DNA of 42,356 nt, from contig JAHBXU010000001.1 of the NCBI GenBank assembly GCA_019636315.1, forward strand, positions 1 to 42,356. The letters run 5' to 3'. Source of the stretch: Planctomycetaceae bacterium. GTDB taxonomy: Bacteria > Planctomycetota > Planctomycetia > Planctomycetales > Planctomycetaceae. Under the pieces are notes generated by a model that did not search any database, had not been told where the DNA came from, and saw only the letters and a program-made list of their open reading frames with translations. Below are positions 36,914 through 42,356 of the stretch, one piece after another (position 1 is the stretch's first letter; each line of letters begins with the position of its first letter). A program made the translations under genes and the position numbers.

Positions 36914-37565
36914 CGTGTTTCTCATCACCATCCACCGACCATGCTGATCATACGCTCGGCTCCAACGTGCTCTGGTACGCGCAGTGTGTAGATACCTGGT
37001 CGGCTCAACTGCGGTACTACACCGCCGTTTCAACTGAGAGGATCAACGGCCAGGAAGACCTAATTCCACACGAGGCCTCGGCATTCAAGAACGATCTCAT
37101 CACGCTCGCAGCTCCGAAAACGAATGACGACGCCCGCGATCCGACGGTTCCTATCCGTCTGGCTCTCCATGGACACCTCTCTTGGGTACGATGTTGGGAG
37201 ACGTCGAATCTCCGACAAGATCCACTCCGTCTCCTGCGCCAGCCGTTGAGCACTGCAATTTCACGAAGTTACTGTCACATCAACTCCGCGACTCAATGTT
37301 GGACATTGGGGAGATTGGAAACAATTTCGAGATGACGCTGTGAAGAAACTCCCCAGAAATACACCTTTCTTGATCTGACTGGATGACCTCGTGACTAAGG
37401 CGCAAGGTCCAGCAATTGCCGCAAGGGACACACGTGACCGCTGATGGAACCGATATTGGTCTTGATAATGCTCAGGGTGATGTTCTTGGCTGCACTGCCT
37501 TGTGGAGACCCTGGCTTGTCTCGACAGACAATGAATTGCTCGGCGCGTCAACGCCACGGCAAATC

Positions 37566-37814
37566 CTATTTGGTGACTGCGCGATCCAGAATGACTCGTT
37601 CTGCATCCAGCCAATCTTCGAGGTGGTAGCCATTTCGGCAGCCGCGCTCAACATACAGTTCATAGGCTCGTGCCGTGATGCGGGCGTGTAAATCGTCGAC
37701 TGCAGCTTGTGCCGAACCTGCTGCTTTGCGAGTTGACACAGGCACGTTAGGCTGCTCAACCTGCATCGTGTGCGGTTTCTTCTCCCGGAACGGTTGTGTC
37801 GTCTGAGCCTTCAT
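37566..37814 (-). CDS. DUF2934-like small protein (paralogue of 25515..25751)
   Basis: The ATG at 37814 is preceded by an AAAGGAGA Shine-Dalgarno. The C-terminal half (ITARAYELYVERGCRNGYHLEDWLDAERVIL) carries the DUF2934 signature. Confidence 0.65.
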   Translation of the reverse strand: MKAQTTQPFREKKPHTMQVEQPNVPVSTRKAAGSAQAAVDDLHARITARAYELYVERGCRNGYHLEDWLDAERVILDRAVTK

Positions 37815-38027
37815 GAGCGTCTCCTTTAACGCTAAAAAGTTTTTCCCTCCGTACGAGTCTCCTTGCTGGAAAGAACGCCAACAGCCCGTCATTCTGTGCA
37901 ACTCCGCACGCGCATGTGATGGAGTCACCCAATAGGCCCGCAGAAACGTTCCGCGCATCAGCACTGAAAACACCACCGCGAACACTGGGCCAGAAGACAT
38001 CCACGTTCAGGCCCCCGTCCTCTCACC

Positions 38028-38267
38028 TCACACTCTGGCGTACTGCCGCGCGTCGTGGAAGACATCGCTCGCGAGATGGACCGTGTAGCACCCTCGCTCT
38101 TTAGGCATCAGCCGGAGCGCCCCCTCTCGACTGAGCCGATCAATGACGATGAAGACTTGATTCCATGTGAGCTCCGGGCATTCGAGCACGATATCATCGA
38201 GAGTGCGCCCCTGTGACCGCACAATCACTTCCAGCACTCGATCATCCGTCTCATGGTGACTCATCAT
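38028..38267 (-). CDS. hypothetical small protein, winged-helix/FeoC-like pattern
   Basis: 79 aa, starting at the ATG ATG at 38267/38264, which is preceded by an AGGAGG Shine-Dalgarno. The sequence RVLEVIVRSQGRTLDDIVLECPELTWNQVFIVIDRLSREGALRL has the pattern of small wHTH proteins. I recognise no family with confidence. Confidence 0.5.
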   Translation of the reverse strand: MMSHHETDDRVLEVIVRSQGRTLDDIVLECPELTWNQVFIVIDRLSREGALRLMPKERGCYTVHLASDVFHDARQYARV

Positions 38268-38313
38268 TTCCCCTCCTGCGCAATCACATGACGTTCCTAT
38301 GGATCCCGCACAC

Positions 38314-38329
38314 TGCAGCATGGGTGCCA
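38314..38329 (-). promoter_or_regulatory. sigma-54 (-24/-12)-like promoter element, TGGCAC-N5-CTGCA
   Basis: The minus strand reads TGGCACCCATGCTGCA, against the consensus TGGCAC-N5-TTGCW. It has the correct GG/GC spacing and lies about 45 nt upstream of the 38267 start codon. Confidence 0.3.
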
Positions 38330-38495
38330 GTTACAAATTCTCGGGGCGGGTTTCTTCAGATCCTCAGAACAACGGGAGCTTACGCGGGAGGAAGAGAGGA
38401 CGGTGCGGACGGATCGCGCTGCATCATGGGGAGTTTCGGTACATTCATTCCCGCCTGGTTGTCGCAGACTTCCTCAACGATGTGGCTAAATACTT

Positions 38496-38903
38496 TTAAG
38501 AGTCTTGTTGGTGGTTTTGGATCACTGGCATGTCGCTCGCTGACGAACAACGTTCCCGAGATACAACATGTCGGTGAGTTAGGGAGATGCTGACGACCTG
38601 AGCGCCGGCGACTCTGGCATCCTGAGCCACGGTGCCGGACAGGATCACTTTGGCTCCCGCCACAATCACATCTCCGTTCACCACTCCATCGATCAGCACC
38701 TCACCACCGGCAGCATAGAGATCGCCGTTGACGATGCCGGAAATTTCCACATGCGGGCCGAAAGCGAAATAGTCCCCCTGCACAATCTGCCCCGCACGTA
38801 AAACGGCCCGCTCCTTCCACGGCGCGCGAGACAACGGTTCATCGGCCTGGGCCGTGGCAGGCAGCATGCACAGGATCAACAACATCACCATACGTGTCGT
38901 CAT
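38496..38903 (-). CDS. secreted bactofilin-like (polymer-forming repeat, DUF583-like) protein
   Basis: The ATG at 38903 has a GGAGGG Shine-Dalgarno and opens a signal peptide (MTTRMVMLLILCMLPATAQA). Repeats of the bactofilin beta-helix type follow (ISGIVNGDLYAAGGEVLIDGVVNGDVIVAGAKVILSGTVAQDARVAGAQV). The last ~30 aa look non-repetitive, so the gene may be truncated. Confidence 0.55.
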   Translation of the reverse strand: MTTRMVMLLILCMLPATAQADEPLSRAPWKERAVLRAGQIVQGDYFAFGPHVEISGIVNGDLYAAGGEVLIDGVVNGDVIVAGAKVILSGTVAQDARVAGAQVVSISLTHRHVVSRERCSSASDMPVIQNHQQDS

Positions 38904-38953
38904 GTGAGTTCCCTCCGAAAGCGCCGCAGGCCATACCCGACCTGGAACCGCGC

Positions 38954-39379
38954 TCATCGTGGCAGGACGCCGGCGCCGAATCGATAGACCAGATCCCCGC
39001 CGAAATAACTCGCAATCAACAACAACAGCCCGCCGCTCAGGCCGATGACCAGCACCAGCATCGGCTGTTCACGCATCCAACCCCAACAAGAGGCCAGACG
39101 CAGCCCGAGCAGGCCGAGAAATACCCAGAACACGGAGCCGCCCAGCTCCTCATGAATTTCGATGGCCTGTTTCGGGATGCCGCTGCGTTCCACCGCCTCC
39201 TCGGCGAAATGTCCGGTGAGCACCGCCGCTCCGGCCGCCAGGATGCCGAGCACCAGCAGAGACAAGCTGGTGTCCCGAAACTGTTGCCTCCGCCACCGAA
39301 ACGCCAACGCATCGAACAGGGTGCTCGCCAACAACAATGCAATAGGAAAATGGACGACCATGGGATGGATCGGATGCAC
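38954..39379 (-). CDS. DUF2231-like integral membrane protein
   Basis: The GTG at 39379 is preceded by AAGGAG plus a 6-nt spacer. It gives M-HPIHPMVVHFPIALLLAS, the typical DUF2231 N-terminus. Four predicted TM helices. The track start at 39439 (GTG) lacks a Shine-Dalgarno. Confidence 0.65.
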   Translation of the reverse strand: MHPIHPMVVHFPIALLLASTLFDALAFRWRRQQFRDTSLSLLVLGILAAGAAVLTGHFAEEAVERSGIPKQAIEIHEELGGSVFWVFLGLLGLRLASCWGWMREQPMLVLVIGLSGGLLLLIASYFGGDLVYRFGAGVLPR

Positions 39380-39586
39380 GCTCGCTCCTTCGCTCAATAG
39401 GGTGAATCGACCAGGTCTCATCCGGAATCGCCAAGGCACAGATGCCCTCTGAAGATCGACGCCTTCCAGATCGGAAGTGCAAGGATGGAGCCCTCCTTCT
39501 TCCCGGCGCAGAGGCAGCTGAAAGCTTACAGCAAGATCAGAGATGGAGATGCGAGAGGATGAGAAGGGGGTCGGAATCGGGGAGGA

Positions 39587-39633
39587 CTGCTACAGAGCGA
39601 ATCCTTGGCTCTGTGGCAGAATGCAACAGAGCC
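39587..39633 (-). other. three-segment alternative-pairing RNA element in the intergenic leader
   Basis: On the plus strand, ctgctacagagc (39587..39598) pairs with gctctgtggcag (39608..39619): 12 bp with one G-U. The overlapping segment ggctctgt (39607..39614) pairs perfectly with acagagcc (39626..39633). The two hairpins are mutually exclusive. Confidence 0.35.
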
Positions 39634-39694
39634 AATGGATCAAAACAAGACACAGAAGCTACCTTGGCATCGAACGGCTCATCGCTCGCTCCTC

Positions 39695-41386
39695 TCACAG
39701 CACCCGAGCTGAGGTCTGCTCCTGTACCGAAAGCAGGAATAGATGTTTGCGACCGGGTTGCCGAAACTCCTGCAGCTTCCCTACGACCAACCCTGCTTGC
39801 GACTGCAGCGCAGCGGCATGTTGTTCTTCAGTCACCACCCGGATGGCCCCATGTGTGCGCACCGCTTCACGCACCGCATCCTGACTCGGCAGATCCGGCA
39901 CCACATTGTCGCGCTTCAGATAATACAGGGCATCTTCATTCTTGGGCCACCCGGGGATATACATGAACAGGGCGGGCTGAGTTCCCAGGGCCAGGGTTTT
40001 GATTTCCTCGACGGCCTTCCGGGGCGACGCGGCCTGATCGATCGCGGGAAACACGTAGTTCACCACCAGCACCATGTAGGCGATCGCCAGGGCTCCGACC
40101 ATGCCGAGTGCCAGGCGTACGCGTGATCGAAGCACGGCATAGAGGAGCAAGCCGGCCAGTGAAACGATCGTCACGATGAACATCGGAGACACCACGGCAG
40201 TGGACACCAGCCACCGGCGGCGAAGCGGTGCTGCGCCAAAGAACATCCCGGCGGCGAACGTCACGGGCAACACACCCAGCAACAGGCGGAGCAGGGGCGC
40301 CATCGCAGCAGAGTCCTCGGCCGACGAGAACAGCCGGTGATAGTAGTACCCGATCATCAAGCCGATACCGGGCACGATCGTCGTCAAATAGGGCTCCCGT
40401 TTGAGTGTCGCCAAGCTGAACGCCGTGAAGAGGCCCAGCACCCAGACGAGCAGCAGCAGCTCCGTGGGATGAGCACGAAACGGTCGTTGGGCCCAGAGCA
40501 AGAGCAGCGCCGACGGAAGCACCGCGCACCAGGGGAAAAAGTCGGCCCACATCATCCCCAGATACCAATAGAGCGGGTGCCCGTCGATGGCCGGGCCGGC
40601 TTTGCCGATGAATCCGGTATTCCAAGTCGATTCGATGGCTTTGCCGATTCGAAAATGGTGCTGATACCCGGGCCCCAGCATCTGCGCGTATGCCCCCATC
40701 ATCGCGACAGCCACCGCCAAGCCGGCCCAGAAGTATCTATCTTTCAGCATCCGCGTATCGCGCTGAATGGCGGCATACAGCGCCATCACGAGCAACGGCA
40801 GAAAAAACCCGTGCATCTCTTTCAACATCGCACCGAGAGCCATGCTGACGAAGGCGAGCAGATACCAGCGTGAGCTTCGCCCCAGCAGTTGCACCTGAAT
40901 CCACGCGAAGAGGGCGAGTGTGACTAGAAATGTGAGGGTCGAATCGAATAGCACGCGACGCCCGTACCAAAGAAATACATGGCTGGTGGCGACGACCAGC
41001 GCCGCCCAGAATCCCGCGGTCGGAGATACCAGCTTTGCTCCAAGCACATAGGTCAGGATGATGGTGCCCACGGCGGCAAGCGAGCCGGGCAGGCGCAAGG
41101 CCACTTCGTGATCGCCCCATATTGATGTCGAGAGATTGAGCAACCAAAAGAACAGCGGCGGCTTATTGAAGTACGGCACATCGTGATAGGTCAGGTCGAA
41201 AAATTCACGCCGGCGCCCCATTTCTCCCGCAATGCCGGCATACAGTCCTTCGCTGCCTTCCAATAACGACAGATGGAGATTGGCAAAATAGGCCCAGCCG
41301 CCGACCAGCGCCAGCAGCGTCATCTCAAGACATCGACGCGCCACCGGATTCCACCACTCCATCCCATCTTCCCCTTCCCGTTTCAT
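39695..41386 (-). CDS. GT39/ArnT-like (PMT_2) polyprenyl-phosphate-dependent glycosyltransferase
   Basis: About 563 aa and multi-TM. The N-terminal loop motif is YFNKPPLFFWLLNLSTSIWGDHEVALRLPGSLAAVGTIILTY, typical of ArnT/PMT-family enzymes. The ATG at 41386 is preceded by AGGAGGAGGA. The track start at 41404 is a GTG that would translate the Shine-Dalgarno. Confidence 0.85.
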   Translation of the reverse strand: MKREGEDGMEWWNPVARRCLEMTLLALVGGWAYFANLHLSLLEGSEGLYAGIAGEMGRRREFFDLTYHDVPYFNKPPLFFWLLNLSTSIWGDHEVALRLPGSLAAVGTIILTYVLGAKLVSPTAGFWAALVVATSHVFLWYGRRVLFDSTLTFLVTLALFAWIQVQLLGRSSRWYLLAFVSMALGAMLKEMHGFFLPLLVMALYAAIQRDTRMLKDRYFWAGLAVAVAMMGAYAQMLGPGYQHHFRIGKAIESTWNTGFIGKAGPAIDGHPLYWYLGMMWADFFPWCAVLPSALLLLWAQRPFRAHPTELLLLVWVLGLFTAFSLATLKREPYLTTIVPGIGLMIGYYYHRLFSSAEDSAAMAPLLRLLLGVLPVTFAAGMFFGAAPLRRRWLVSTAVVSPMFIVTIVSLAGLLLYAVLRSRVRLALGMVGALAIAYMVLVVNYVFPAIDQAASPRKAVEEIKTLALGTQPALFMYIPGWPKNEDALYYLKRDNVVPDLPSQDAVREAVRTHGAIRVVTEEQHAAALQSQAGLVVGKLQEFRQPGRKHLFLLSVQEQTSARVL

Positions 41387-42356
41387 TCCTCCTCCTATGA
41401 ACACTCATTCGACGCTTCGCAGCATATTCAACATATCGGCAGATTTCGCATCGACATCCACGAAGTGTGTGATGGAGCCCCCAAACACACGCACTATCAA
41501 CGGCCAATTAATGGTTCAAACATGGCGGGCAACGAGATCGATCATGTTGGACAGCTTGCAAATGGGGTTTTGGCGTTCCGACGCAACTATGCTCATGGTC
41601 CCCGACCAACCCTTTTACCATCAGCCCCTTACACCCGCATGCCCCTGCGCTCTATCATACGGCTTCACGCAACAAGACCACAATTGATCGAGCCCTCACT
41701 TGGCAGCCAAGCGACCGACGAACCGGTTCTGGTCCCGTTTCGAAAAGCTTTCCCAGGCTCGGGAAGCTCGTCGATCACCCGCCTCCAGTCCGGCACCTGA
41801 CTTTCCTAGCAGGATGCGGAAAAAGTCCGCCAGCGGCATTCTCGCAAGACACTGCCGCCTCACTATCTCGACGGCGTTCACAAGCGTGGTGCGCTTTATT
41901 CAGCGCGTCGTGAACCTCAAACGCTCAACGTACGGCCACGGGAAAAGGGCTTGTCTTGGCAGGCTCGGGGTGGGCGGGTACGAATGAACGATTCGCCTCC
42001 GGGACACCGGGCGCTCACCGACTCGCGCCCGTCCACAGACGTGACGCTGCGGCCTTGCTGGACGGCCTTTTTGCGCATCCTGCGGACGATTCTGACACCG
42101 ACACGGCACGTGAGCTAATCGCGGCGTCTGACGCAACAATCGAGTTTTTCCGCAGCCTGCTGGGAGCCTGTCCGACATTAGGAAACACGAAAGTTTCGTG
42201 TGCACACATTCGGCTCAGGATCAACGATTTCAATTCGATCAATATGATTTCATCCTCCCATATCAGTCAATTTCGGCAATGTCGGACAGGCTCCTAGAAG
42301 CCCAGGTAGGGGAAACAGGCGTGCCTCCGAGATGGGCGTGCGCGGTGAACCGATGG

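Noticed and set aside
37060-37260. A 66-codon stop-to-stop minus-strand frame in the OFOR upstream region (NCSAQRLAQETEWILSEIRRLP...IAGVVIRFRSCERDEIVLECRGLVWN). Its ends faintly resemble ParE/RelE-type toxins.
   Set aside because: There is no suitably placed start codon; the only ATG would give 29 aa. The frame is about 25-30 aa shorter than that fold, there is no adjacent antitoxin-like ORF, and the resemblance rests on a few residues. At most it is a decayed relic. BLASTX would settle it.
38496-38600. Possible frameshift truncating the bactofilin-like gene. The repeat pattern stops abruptly at ...VAGAQVV and the tail reads SISLTHRHVVSRERCSS...
   Set aside because: I translated the other two frames downstream of the break. 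One stops within a few codons and neither shows a continuation of the repeats. The 174-nt spacer that follows has no repeat-like coding. I kept it as a possibly complete short gene and flagged it for resequencing.
1-42356. Search for rRNA, tRNA, CRISPR arrays, transposases, integrases, phage genes and defence-system hallmarks.
   Set aside because: I found no T-loop-like GGTTCGAATCC contexts forming a cloverleaf. All GTTCGAA hits lie inside coding regions. I found no regularly spaced direct repeats, and no DDE/HUH/tyrosine-recombinase-like ORFs or terminal inverted repeats. A manual scan cannot fully exclude short ncRNAs.

Overview
GC-rich bacterial chromosomal segment. GC content was not computed, and taxonomy cannot be set from sequence alone. 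The gene content (OFOR, PEP synthase, phosphoketolase, cytochrome c) would fit a Nitrospirota-like or similar autotroph, but that is only a guess. Every gene I can support (33 CDS or pseudogenes) lies on the minus strand. Most are separated by very short gaps or by overlapping stop/start codons, so the window reads as a few long co-directional transcription units. From high to low coordinates:
- GT39/ArnT-like glycosyltransferase.
- A run of four small genes of unknown function: DUF2231 membrane protein, secreted bactofilin-like repeat protein, small winged-helix-like protein and a DUF2934 protein.
- A 2-oxoacid:ferredoxin oxidoreductase (gamma, alpha, beta) followed by a GltD-like NAD(P)H flavoprotein carrying a C-terminal 2x[4Fe-4S] module.
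- A secreted rhodanese.
- ppsA, pgk, an archaeal-type (class II) GAPDH and a TbADH-type secondary alcohol dehydrogenase.
- A second DUF2934 gene.
- An envelope-spanning ABC efflux set: a TolC-family protein with an N-terminal periplasmic-binding-protein-like domain, a HlyD-type adaptor, an RbbA/YhiH-type fused ATPase-permease and an ABC-2 permease.
- A DUF1207-like outer-membrane protein and a monoheme cytochrome c.
- Phosphoketolase, glgX, glgP and a beta-phosphoglucomutase/GH65 phosphorylase fusion.
- An Mla/MCE-type lipid transporter with a STAS-fused permease and a PqiC-like lipoprotein.
- A degraded EEP-family gene, then an Rrf2 regulator and a SAM methyltransferase.

I saw no rRNA, tRNA, CRISPR array, transposase or integrase. 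The main candidates for new biology are the delta-less OFOR coupled to a GltD/ferredoxin fusion inside a gluconeogenic super-operon, the TolC/binding-protein fusion, the phosphoketolase-glycogen-GH65 cluster, and the uncharacterised small-gene run with a sigma-54-like promoter and an alternative-hairpin leader. All family assignments come from motif recognition by eye. None was confirmed by a database search.
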